This document shows, piece after piece, positions 13,442-25,287 of a stretch of 64,000 nucleotides of DNA (the stretch's first letter is position 1; every line of letters starts with the position of its first letter). A program made the translations under genes and the position numbers. The notes under the pieces were generated by a model. It was not told the DNA's origin. It saw nothing but the letters and a program-made list of their open reading frames with translations, and did not search any database. The DNA is from Utricularia gibba (taxonomy: Eukaryota; Plantae; Magnoliophyta), in NCBI GenBank assembly GCA_002189035.1, contig CM007990.1, positions 2,480,001-2,544,000 on the forward strand. The letters run 5' to 3'.

Positions 13442-14214
13442 TTTATGCTTCTTTTTATTTTCTAATACTTTTTGGGCATTAGGACTTATGTGTTACTGTG
13501 TTGAACTTTTTTCTGATTTCGTGCTTCATGTTTTGTTTTTTTTTCCTTTTGTTTTGTTTGTGAAATATCCCCACTATGCTCCTCAAGTACATTTGCTTCC
13601 ATGAATAAGGCTAGAATTTCTAGGATTGATCATGCTTAGGTTCATAAATTCCTTACTGCTAGGAAAATACTTCAATTATTTTTCCTTCTAAATATTAAGC
13701 TTTTGTTGCATGATTTAGGAAAGACCATACCGTGGCTATGACTACATTTCCATTCCTTGTATATATTATGTTGTGAATAAATTTTTGCTACTTCTATAAT
13801 GACCAGACCGAGATCAAAAAAAAAAAGAGAGAAAATATATTAGGGGTGCCAAAGGTGAGGATGCTTGGCGAAACCGTGGTAACCACCACACAAGAGGTTT
13901 CGTAATCCAAACATTCTTCCCCAAAGCGGGGACCTCTCTCTGAAAAAAAAAGGAGGGAGAGAAGAAAAGGTCTTTAGTCACTATAGTGTGTGCTCTTTGC
14001 TGCTTTTTATCTTGATGATGTTAGTGTATAAGTAGTCATTGGTTAAGTCTTTATCTGATGCATGCAAACTTGAGTGGCCTGCCTTAATTTGATGGAAGGA
14101 TAGGAAAAGAATTGGAGTAAATGCCTACTATAGGATGAACGTGCCTTAGTAATGTATCATGACTTAGGTTATGCCCTTTTTCGTGGACTGCTATGATTTA
14201 AGTGTCGGGGAATA

Positions 14215-15008
14215 TGTTAAGTGTCATTTTGTAGTTGTTTATTAGATATTATTATGTGTTAATCTAGTGTTAAGTCGCCCAATTAGGAATTATATTGATA
14301 AGTAATTAATTTTCCTAGAAAAATATTATTTTCCTATTTTGTATATATTTTTTCTATCTTTTTCATGCACTTTTGATCGAGACATGTCAGGAGGCAGTCT
14401 TGGAGTGTTGCAGGAGGTCAGACTTTGACTTTTCGTGCCTTATAAGCGACTTCGAACAATTGTAGGTGGAAGACTTACACTAGTCAAGACCCCTGACTTA
14501 TGGCATGTCAAAGTCTGCAACAGTGATTGGGCGTTAACTTGCATGCAAAGGAAAGCTGGTGGCGCATGCAAGACAGAAGGAATGATGAGAAGAGAACCTA
14601 AAGGAATTAATGCACATAGGAAGTGATATAAAAGTAACTTGGAACAGTTATTTTGGGACTTTGAACATTTTTCTCTTGTACTTAGAACTTTTGGATTCTT
14701 CCTCCCCTTCAAAAAGAAATAACACTTAGCTTCCATTTGCCTTTCTGTTTTCATGGCCCTTTTGGACTAAACTTTTTTAGTTTCTGGGAGTAGATGAAGT
14801 TTCCTTCCAAATCATGAGTAATACACTCGGTTCTTTGCTGAATTCATTTAAGATTTCGCATACTTCCATGCATCTTGTTGCTGTCTTTCTGTAATGACTC
14901 CTAGTCAAGGTCCATGATTAGCAGGCCACTCCTCGTGAATTTTGCTGAAGATGAAGGTGAAGAGCACCAACTCCAACCCTATCGGTTTGAAGCAAGTAGC
15001 TATTGTTG
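14215..15008 (+). repeat. 3' LTR of element A, truncated
   Basis: Starts TG after purine-rich GTCGGGGAATA; similarity to the 7717 LTR ends at ~15008. Confidence 0.8.
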
Positions 15009-15717
15009 CTGAAATTCCAATCATATTCTTTCGTTGTGTTTCAACTCTTCTTGTTGATCATTCCTTTTCTCTAAAATTTTCTTCACATCTTCTCGACAAG
15101 TTTGAGGTAATATTAAACTTTGATTGTCCATGTATCTTGCTACTAGAAATAAATATTAGATCATGACATGAATTTATTTCAGTTTTGTGAATAAAAACAC
15201 TAACTATACAAAAACTATTGAAATCATAAAAATACATTCATTTTTTTTTTGAAAATTATTGCAAAATTATGTGTTCCCATTCTAGTAAGTATTTACCATT
15301 TTTTTCGTTCCCTATAACACTAACCTCATGAGCTTCAATCAATTACTAGTTTCATTGCAAATTCAAGGTTATTACATGAAGCAAATCGTAAAGATGATTA
15401 TTGAAAATGCCTATCAAAGGAATTACTTATGTCAAAGAGATCTTCTTTGCATGTGACCTTTATGCCAATAGGTTTAATAATTTATAATTAATCACCCTAG
15501 GGATGCCACATAATCATTGCACCTAATTATGCCATTACATGTTTTGAAACACTGTTTTATTTCATTATCCTTTAAAAGGGGAAATTCGTTAATTCTCTTT
15601 TTTACTACTTATTGACTTTCTGAAAAATTATCTAAAAATCCTTCGATGCTTCCATCTCATTGATTTTCGATGACCCTTTTAAAGCAAGATTTGTGCCACT
15701 TACTACTAATAGGTTTG

Positions 15718-16943
15718 TGATGACACATATTTTTTCTGAATTTTATAATACAAAATAGTTATATTTTATTGTGGTTTAGGTTAGATAAATGTGGTTTTTC
15801 ATATTTATGTGTGTTTAAGTTAATTTTGTGTGTTTATGTTAAAAAGTGGACTAAATCCTTTGATTTAGTCCACCACCTTTGTTACTAATTTTTGACTAAG
15901 TTCATCAGAAAGATCAGCCGAAAAATCAGACTTACCAACCTGTGGAACAAGTGAAAAAGGGCGCAATACTTGAAGAGAGACAAAGAGCACTGTTCTGCCG
16001 CCGCATGCAGTCTGCAAGTTCAGGCCGGGAATAGTGCTGGGGTCAGGAACAATGCAATGGAGTGAAGGAGGGGAGATATTTTTCAAAAAGAGGATAGAGC
16101 AGGAACAACAAACGCAACAAGCACAGAATGCAGTCCAGCACTACTATTATGGGCTGTGAACAGTAGCAACCGGACAACGGAACAACCTTTGTTTCATTTC
16201 CATTTTCTGAACGTTTCGAGTTTCTGTATCTGACTTGCTCACAATGTTCCTGTTATTTTCACCACATTATCTGAATGAAATCATGTTTTATTTTCCAAGT
16301 ATGAGTAGCTAAAGCCTTAGGGATGCCTTAAGGTGAAGTATGGTGGTGTGTGATTAGGGTTAATAATGAAATTTATGTATGTTCCTTAGCTCTTATTTCT
16401 ATCAATCCATGGGTAGACCTACGAAGGAGAACAAGTAGTTTCACAACTAAGATGCTTGGTTTAGAGGTAGACCAACAAATCAAGACGGGAGCAGTAGGTG
16501 TTAGTTCGGGGTAGAACCAGTAGAACTGGGTAGACCTAGTTCTATATGCTTTGCATGCGGGCAGATTAAATTAAATCAAGTTATGAGTGTAGGAACATGG
16601 TAAATTAAATTAGGCGCCTTAGCATCACACCATCTGCAGATCCTTAAGGCATCTTCGTATTATTCTGAGTTAGAACCACTACTTGTTGCCTTTCGCATTG
16701 AAACCTGATTTTGGTTACTGAACTTACTTTCCACTGCTAGTCCGAGCTTAGACTAAGATCTACAGTTACTCCGAATTATGCATTTACTAAAACACTTACC
16801 AAGCACAAGCTCTTCGGGATCGACCCCGACATCCACTATACAAGTTTTCTAAATTTTTATTTTGTGTAGATTAGGGACTATAAATTTATTTGATATGGAA
16901 GTTTGCTTTTATTGCAACGATATGCTAAAATTTCCGTTTATCA
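15718..16943 (+). repeat. 5' LTR of Athila-like element B (TGATGA...TTATCA)
   Basis: TG...CA termini, followed by a PBS; same family as the LTR at 58145-59522. Confidence 0.85.
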
Positions 16944-16946
16944 AAT

Positions 16947-16964
16947 TGGCGCCGTTGCCGGGGA
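16947..16964 (+). promoter_or_regulatory. Primer-binding site TGGCGCCGTTGCCGGGGA (tRNA-Asp type, Athila)
   Basis: Exact 18-nt Athila PBS 3 nt after the LTR end. Confidence 0.9.
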
Positions 16965-17133
16965 GCGGTGTTTAATTGTTTTGTGTTTTTAGTTGATGCA
17001 TTTACGTTCTTCTGAAGCAAGTAATCTCACTTTCCTCCTAGAAATTGAGAGAGTTGTCAGCAAGAATAGGGTAAGAGTTAGGGAAGCAAGCAGATTGAGA
17101 CAGCTCCCACTCGAGACTAATAGAAATTTCAGA

Positions 17134-17915
17134 ATGGCTGAACCTGAGAAGACCTTGAACGAATTAGATGCTACTGATCATACTTACAGGGGTGTATGCA
17201 TCAGATTTCTAGAGGATGGAGCAAATGAGCTAAAACCGGCGATGATCAATTTTCTGCTCAAGTTCTATGGGAAAATTGGGAGAATCCCCATGAGCATCTA
17301 GACAATGTTACAGCGGTATGCACATCATTCAATGGAGTTGGGATGAATGAAGATTCAATTTGTTTGAGAGCGTTCCAGTTTACATTGGAAGGAGGAGCCA
17401 AAATGTGGTTCAACTCACTAAGGCCTAGAAGCATAACCGATTGAGCTGGAATGAAGAAGGTATTTTTGAGCAAATATTTTCCAGCTTTCAAGGCTGAAAG
17501 AATAAGAAAAGAAATTAGTGATCATCTTTTGGGTTCCTGCCCACACCATGGTTTCCAAACCAATGCTTTGGTCAAATATTTCTATGATGGATTGTTATGC
17601 ACTGACCGAGCCATGGTAGATTCAGCAGCAGAAGGATTTCTAAGGAAAAAGACACCAACCGAAGCTCTTTCCTTGCTTGAGGAGTTGGCTGAGTATTCAA
17701 GACATATTATTAGGAAGCAAGGCTCAAACAAGAGGGTGTATGAAATGGAGAGTAAGCCCAGGGTTTCAGAGACTGAACTCACTAAAAATGTTGCTGCTAT
17801 GTCAAAAATGATGAAGGAGCTATTCTTATTCCAGGCTAAGAACATGCCGTGCGGAAACTGTCACAGAACAAGACATGTTGTGGACAAGTGCCCAGATTTA
17901 TTCGAGGAAGAGCAC
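17134..17915 (+). pseudogene. Athila gag remnant of element B, joined at its 3' end to an LTR fragment (~17920-18190)
   Basis: Fragments ELKPAMINFL, LRAFQFTLEGGAKMWFNSL, MKKVFLSKYFP, LLGSCPHHG, YFYDGL, CxxCxxxxH knuckle-like CGNCHRTRH; 17920-18190 aligns to internal LTR sequence at 16440-16640 and 58950-59220. Confidence 0.8.
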
Positions 17916-18429
17916 ATCATAACTCAGTTGCTTGATTTAGAAGTAGATCAACAAATCAAGGTAGGGATAGTAAGTATTAGTCCAGGGTAGAACCAATATA
18001 ATCGAGTAGACCTAGTTCTATATACTTTGCAGTTGGGTAGACCTAATTGCGGAGTGGGTGATGATATTGGGGACTATTTTAGCCGAAAGCATAATGAATG
18101 ATTTAAGTAGATTTAGGTTGTTTGGAGTTGTAAATATAAGAACATGGTAAATTAAATTAGGCATCTTAGCACCATATCACTTGCATACTCTTATGGTAGA
18201 TGTATCATGAATAACTAACTCGCCAAGGCTCATCAATTTACTAGGAAAATTCCACTATCCAAGCCATTTATTAATTTTGTGCTCTTATTAGTTCGCAAGA
18301 ATTCAGCCTTTCTGCTGTCTAGATGTTGAATCCAGCTTGATGTTTGAATTTTTTGGCATCATAAGTCCGCTGAATGCTAGAGGATGAGCTTGAGTTTAAT
18401 TACCTTTATGATTAGCAAATGAGCTCATA

Positions 18430-19785
18430 ATGTACTCTTCCATTTGTTCAAGTGTTAGGCATCGAAATAGAGTTCCATTGAAGATCTACAGTAGAGATTT
18501 CCATCAACAAGTGTGTCGCATTGAGGCTTATGTTGGAGCCATTAGCCAACATCCTTTCTCATTGGATAGAGCACTTTTAGATGAGAAGATTGGGTTGATA
18601 ATGTTCAATCTAGAAGAAGGCCTAAGGCAGCCTTACATGGATGAGATGCATAGTATCTCGTCAATAAGCTTTATGTGCACGATTGATTTGTTTTGCACCC
18701 AAAAGATGATTTCTTAGCCTTCAACAAAGACAATGTTTGTCGCCCATCATTCAAGAGAGAGCATCTATCACTTGGTTGTCTAGATGTGTTTATGAGATAT
18801 AAAGAAAGAGATATTGGTTTTCGTTACACTCATACTACTGATGAGTGGTTGCAAGTGCAGCAATTATGTGATGTTTTGGCTTGTTTTTATGTGTTAATAG
18901 ACATTATTTCAGCTTCAGATTATCCATGCTATAATCTTTTTTTCACAGAGCTTTGTGGATTGAAAGAACATTTGGTTGAGAAAAGTCAGATTTGGAAGTC
19001 TACTTGTCAGATGATACTATCCTTTGTGATCTTAATGATGCTAATGTTGAATCAAAGTTTGATATTTTGAATTCTTGAAAAATAAATAGTGTGAAATATC
19101 CTATCTTAGTCAATATTGCAAGACATATTTTGGCTATTCCTATGACATCTGTTGCATAAGAAGCTACTTTAAGTGTTGCTAGTTGAGTTATTGATGGTTT
19201 TCGATCAAATTTATCAATCAAAACTTATAAGATGTTACTTTGTGCTGGTGATTGGGTAAAAGGAATTTATGGAACAAAGAAATTTACATGTGTAAATAAT
19301 ATTACTTTGCATATTTACTTCAATATATCTAATTATTTAGTTTAATAACAATTGTATTTTTGTCAAGCAAGTCAGACTTCCACGAGAACAAGAGAGTTGT
19401 GGTAGTGGCACAAGTGTTGGACCAAGTGAAGAACAAAAAGAAGAACAAGAATATGGTACTTATATTTCATTTCTGAAATAAATATTAGTTTATTTGTTTT
19501 TTATTTATTTTATTAAAAACATAAATAATAAGAATAACGTTTAATATTTAAATTTGAATATTTTAAATATATTTATTATTTTAAATTAATATATATAAAA
19601 TTATAATAATTTATAAATTTAGCTTTATTCATAAATGTTTGTGAGCATTAAATAAATGAATATGAACAAAAATCTTGTTCAATTAACTTAAATAAATGAC
19701 CATGCACAAAATCTTGTTCGATGAACTTAAATAAAGAAACATGAGCATAAGTGTTTGTGTTCGTTCGTTTGATATAACATCCCTA
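18430..19785 (+). mobile_element. hAT transposase remnant with 3' subterminal repeats and terminal CATCCCTA
   Basis: Fragments FYVLIDIISASDYP..NLFF and dimerisation-domain KYPILVNIARHILAIPMTSVA*EATLS...IDGFRSNL...LLCAGDW; repeated TTGTTC/GAAC subterminal motifs at 19660-19770; left end not found. Confidence 0.75.
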
Positions 19786-20699
19786 ACTCCAAGGATATTT
19801 CCATTTTTATGTGAATTTAGATGGATGCATGCGTATTTTAGTTCTACAAGTATGAAGAAATTGCCAAAGTTATAAAAAAACACGTATCGATAGAGAATTG
19901 ATTGGTTTGGACTTTCACAAAAACAATACAAATTGGGATAATTTTTCATGTTTTCATGTCAAGTGTGATTTTATTCTCATCAAAGTACAACTTAACGGTA
20001 CCCATTTTTACATTGAAAATAGTGTTTGAACTATTAAAAAATGCCATCTCTAGAATAATGGTCATATCCTTTAACTCTCCAACAGACATGTACAACACAA
20101 AGAAATCAGCTAAAAATATCAAAATCTCTATTTTACGTAATCCCTTTTAAGAAATTACCCTTTGACCCACTAATTCTATTTACATTCTTAAAGTTTGTAA
20201 AGGGACCCAAAGTTGAGCCTCATAAATAGATTACCATATAAACTTGATGGAGATTTTCAAATTTTAATAGCTTTCATGATATTCAAGTATTCTATTGGAT
20301 AAAGAGCATAACTTGATCCTTATATTTTCCAGTAATTTCTACAAAATAAGTGCACAACAATTTTCACTCAATTTTATTTCATGAGTGACTTTAACTCAGT
20401 TTCACTATAATTTCTTTTTCGGTTCCTCTTAGTAGCCATTTAGACTTTTAGATTGAAATCAAGATTTCCTACACTATCAAACACAATACAGATACATTAA
20501 CTAAAAATAAAAAACAATTAAACACCACTTCCATAATGAGTTTATATATGATAACATCTAGGTATATCATAATCTTATCCGAATCTTATTTAGTAATGAA
20601 TTTATCTTCAAGATTCATGGGAGCTCATATATTGGTATAGGATTCTTCTCAATATTCCATAATGAGTCTATATTACATTTTTGAGAGCTTTATATGTGC

Positions 20700-21004
20700 A
20701 TAAACGATTTTTGGGAAGACCCTTTGAGGGAAACTCTTTAGATTTAGAGAGGAAACTTCATCTCTCTATTTTTATAAGATATGTATCTTTAATATCGTAT
20801 TTGTTTCTATGATCTTGTGTTAATTGTCCTATTATATTGGTTCATTCAGTTCTAGTGAAATAAATTTGCTTTGAGTGTTAAGCGCCCCCCATTTTTCCTT
20901 CGAGTTTGCAGATCACCAAAGCTTGTGTCTTTGTATTTACTTGTATTTTGACCAAAACTATCCATTATATATGTACATCGATCCTAACAAAGTGGTATCG
21001 AAGC
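20700..21004 (+). mobile_element. 3' end of an old LTR (ends CCTAACA at 20989) with degenerate tRNA-Met PBS TGGTATCGAAGC
   Basis: LTR-end plus PBS-like motif at 20993-21004; left boundary and internal domains not identifiable, so start coordinate is nominal. Confidence 0.4.
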
Positions 21005-22920
21005 TAGTATTAAAACATAACTCATAACTTCTAGTTCAATTTACAATATAGCCTCTTGTGAAAAATTAATTAACTATAGAGTTATAATCTATAAAAATAT
21101 TCAGAATAGTCCTCTTTTTTTAGTTATTTATTAATTAGTTGTGTATTTTATTTAAGTAATTATTTACTTTTTTCAACTTTATGAATTGTAATTTTTTTAA
21201 GCACATAATGGTGTAATCTATTTTAATGTAAGATAGTCCAATTAATGTAAAGTATTTCAGAAATTAAATAATTAATATGCACATTGTGGGCATAACTAAA
21301 TCACTTCTTACTACGTTGTCACACACATATATGGTGATCAGAGGCATTAGACACATGTTTTCTATGTCTTTTAGATAGAATCATATAAATGACATACAAA
21401 TTGAATAGATTTTAAACCATATAACTTGTGTATCAATGGGACACAAGTTTTCTATATCCCTCATATGAATGAAAGCATGAATTGTGTGTGTAGGAACAAA
21501 TATTGTTTTTTGTTATAAATTTAAACTTTTGAAATGAGGTGTCTCAAGAACTTATAATTTGTAACTCTTTATAAAGTGTAAACCCATCACGATGACCTTG
21601 ACATGACTTATATAAATGCATAGGGACACATATGGCGCTTATGGGTTGATGAGTATAGTAGATGTACGATGATAGCCTTCATATATAAGATCAGTCGTAT
21701 ATATAGGATTATTTACATTATCAACATCTCCTATAGAATATGCACATGTAGAGTTTGGTAAACGTTTTGAGTCTAGTATTATAAAATCATATTTAATTTA
21801 ATACCTTATTGTCATTACTATACAAGCATGAGTACAAAATAGCCAGTGCCATAACTGAATACATTTTATCAATAACTTTATGTGAAACAATGCTTTCTTC
21901 TTGTAAATGCCAGGCTCGAGCAAACTAGGTGAATGTCATTGTTTAGGATAGGATCTTATGCTTTGAGCATAAAGACAAAGGGACTGGAGAGTTAATTCAT
22001 CACTTCATAGAATATCAACTTAGACCTAAAATCTTATACAATCACTGTCGAGCCAATGAAGAATGGGGTCGATGTTCCCTCACCATGCATAATATTTATG
22101 TTACCTGCTTGATCCTCTTCCAATATATGATATAATGAGTGCATTCAATATAGACTTTAAGCATTTGTTCTTCCATATAGTATCAATAGAGGGGTCATCA
22201 TCACAAGATACTCAGACCATGTCAAATTCAATTTATCATCATAAATCGATGTAATAAAAAGCCTATTTAAGAATACTTTTCAAAAATAGATATTGACATT
22301 CAATATCCCCTAGTAGAAACTACATAAATTATTTTCAATTGAATTTTAAAAATATGTATTTGAATTATGAATAAAAAGTAAGATTATTTGGTAAATTAAT
22401 ATGCAATAGAATTAGTTGACCAAATAGAAGTCTTTGACCAATAAGCCTTTTGGATTTTTGGCAGCCCGGTGTGTTAGGCTGGCTTTTGTGCTTTATTCTC
22501 GAGTTAAGTGTGTTACTTGAGTGAGAGTCTCTCTATGTGGTAGAGAAACTACCAGTGAATATGTGGATGTGGACATGTGTTGTTTATAGCGCACGTTTGG
22601 TAGTAGTTATGAATTAATAGGGGGTTAAATTACTAAGGTTTAGAATTGAGTTCAAATTTGTATCAGTTTAGATAAAAGCGAGTTTGATAGTAGTGTTTAT
22701 TTAAACCCAGGTTTATAGTGTGACTTGTTTGATAGAGTAGTGTAATTATATCAAAAATCTCTTTTACCTATTTTTACCCTCTGAATACCTATTACATCAA
22801 AAAACTTTTTTTTATTTCCACATTATGGTGTTTGAATTTTGAATCTCTTGCAAGTTTCATATCTTGATTCAAATTCTTCTTGAAACTCATAGATAACTGA
22901 CTTCAAAAGAAGGGCAAAAC

Positions 22921-23450
22921 AATGTTGATTGCTCCAAAGAAAGGAACAAAGGAGAAGCAATCAGAATTTGCTGAAAAAAATGGCACCAAAAGTGCTTGGA
23001 CAGCATAAGAAGAAGCATGTATTGTAACTACATACAAGACTATCATAGCAGAAGTATGGAAGTTGGACAATGGATTTTGCCCTAGTTATTTTATGTACTT
23101 GAAAATGAAATGGTAAAAATGTTGCTTGGGATTGACCTTAAAGCATTCCCAAATATTGATTCAAAATCTAGAATATGAAAAAAAGTGTACTCTTTGATTT
23201 CGGATGTGCTCGCACTTTTTGAAGTTGGTTGGAACACCACTACTTGTATGATTCATGCAACACTTGAAACATGGCAAGAATTGATCGGTAAAGTATTTTA
23301 CATTGGTTTGAATCGTTCAATGGATTTAAATTATTGCTATGTCTTCACTTTAGCTTTATTTGATATCATGTTTTTCTTAGAAGGATTTAAGAGTTCAAAT
23401 ATTGAGATATAAGCCATTCCCACTCTACCCTAATTGGAAAGAGATTTTTG
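22921..23450 (+). pseudogene. PIF/Harbinger ORF1 (Myb/SANT-like DNA-binding protein) remnant
   Basis: Fragments K..WT..EE, AFPNIDSK, ISDVLALFEVGWNTTTCMIHATLETWQE match the Myb_DNA-bind_3-type domain; internal stops. Confidence 0.6.
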
Positions 23451-23636
23451 GACGAGAGAGGACGATTGGTGAATTTTGAGTAGGTTGCGGAGAATTTGTG
23501 GATGAAATCCAACACAATGTGTCTAGCCATTGTCACATAAGTAGTATTCACCTAATATGACAAAAAAAAGTCAATACATATATCCTAAATGCATTTAACG
23601 TATCTAAATACAAAAGAATATCAAAACTTGGAGTTA

Positions 23637-24235
23637 CTAATCAATGCGAATATGGAGATCATTTGGTCTTGACAATGCATTTTGTAATACACAGCTATCC
23701 ATGGCCGAACCCTCCCATCCAGCAAGCACGTAAATAAAGTTTATGTTTTGGTCACAAACACCCAAAACATTTGTAGAAATTCTTCCCTTATGAAACCTAA
23801 ACTGTACTTTTAGAGATTCTTTGACACGTATATGGATATAAGTCACATCCAATGTACCTAAAAAATTCTAGAAAAACAAGGAAGTTATCAATCTCATACA
23901 TACAGATATTTAAGCACAAGTAGTAGTACCTCAAAGTATTTGAATCTTGGTGTAGCATTTTCTTCATGTATTGGCATTGGTTTAGTAAGAAACTTATCTT
24001 CAATCCTGATTACAATAGATAAAACCTCATTGAAGCACTTTGAAATAGTATATATCGACCTTTTATAGTCCCTCTTTTGAATATGCATCTTTGTATGATG
24101 AGTCAAAATTCCCAAAAAAATGGCAACATTTTCTTTTACTTGTACATATCTTAAGTTCTGCAATCTATGTTGCTTAAGTAGAAAACATAGCCTCCCGAAT
24201 GTGTCTTGGTTCATTCTCAAACTCTCAAAGGCCAC
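23637..24235 (-). pseudogene. PIF/Harbinger DDE transposase (HARBI1-like) remnant
   Basis: LRMNQDTFGRLCFLL, ENVAIFLGIL, TISKCFNEVL, FRFHKGRISTNVLGVCD..FIYVLAGWEGSAMD. Confidence 0.85.
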
Positions 24236-25287
24236 TGCCTATTCAAATCCGACACAAACCTATTGAATCTATCTATATTTTTTCAAGGTAAGAATATTTT
24301 ATTCGAATAAACGTTGATCCACTATTGTCCTATCTATTGTTAAGATATCTTAAAGTTGTATATCTCATGTATAAAAGATTATGCAACAATATTAGAATCC
24401 CAATCAATCCAACAATTTCATTCACAAAATCATTATCCATTTGCAGAATCTATAGAGAAAAAATACTAAAGTATCATTAAAATTATTCATTTACTAAGAG
24501 TCAGAAGATCCTAAAAAATTCATGATAAAAGAATCATGGAAGAAAAATTAGACAATTATATAATCAAATGTGAATAAACCCATCCATATCATTCAAAAAA
24601 TCAGAAATTACCTGAAAAAACCTTACAGAGACCCAAGGAAAAAAATCAAGGAATTGAGGAAAACTTCAAATGAAATACTTTGAAATTTACATCAAAGAAA
24701 TCCTTGAATGAATTTGCGATGCTAGTAGGAAAAGGATTTTGAAAAAATCCAAGCAAGGGAGATATGGGAACGAACCAAAATAAAGAATGTGTAGAGAAGA
24801 TATGATCAAATTGGTGGAGAAATAATGTAGAATGAATTAGAATTAGAGGATTAAATTAAAAAATTACAAAAAATCAAAAGTTAAAAAAGTCATTAAAAAT
24901 TAATAATATTTTGTTTATTTTGATTCCAGGAAGGGTGTGGGTTGAATTTAAACCCATAAAACCAAGAAAATTGGTATTTAGTTTAAACCTGGATTTAAAT
25001 TAATCTCCTCTACCAAACACTGAATAATATTAAACCACACCCAGTAAAACTAGGCTAATCACGAATAATATTAAGAAGAAAAAAATGCATCTGCTTCCGT
25101 GTTGAGGGGAGGGGCTGGATGGTAATCCCATCCCATCCCATCATACACGTTGCGTTGCAGTGGTGGGTGAGAGATGATCCAACGGCTGTCGTCTACCCAC
25201 GCTGCCAATCCCTGGTTTCACTTCGCCCGCCCCATCCCTCGCGATTATAGCGAGTGAGACGGAACCCCCGGTCTTCAATCAGGGCCA

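Larger units (their letters stand above)
7717..15008 (+). mobile_element. Degraded Athila-like Ty3/gypsy element A (5' LTR truncated and fused to RT; gag/protease absent; 3' LTR truncated)
   Basis: Direct repeats starting TGTTAAGTG at 7717 and 14215 bracket RT-RNaseH-integrase remnants and an env-like ORF2 remnant. Confidence 0.85.
22589..25024. mobile_element. Degraded PIF/Harbinger DNA transposon with both ORFs in convergent orientation
   Basis: Ends GCGCACGTTTGGTAG / CTACCAAACACTGAA followed by TAA; subterminal inverted TTTAAA(C/T)CCAGGTTTA near 22700 and 24980; both characteristic ORFs inside. Boundaries inferred from imperfect TIRs. Confidence 0.7.

Noticed and set aside
15498-15505. 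TAGGGATG as left TIR of the hAT ending at 19785
   Set aside because: Flanking 8-mers differ (AATCACCC vs ACTCCAAG), no subterminal repeats follow, and the same 8-mer occurs inside the Athila LTRs.
21300-22250. Possible MULE transposase traces on the minus strand
   Set aside because: Only very short, frameshifted resemblances; not enough to support a call without a profile search.
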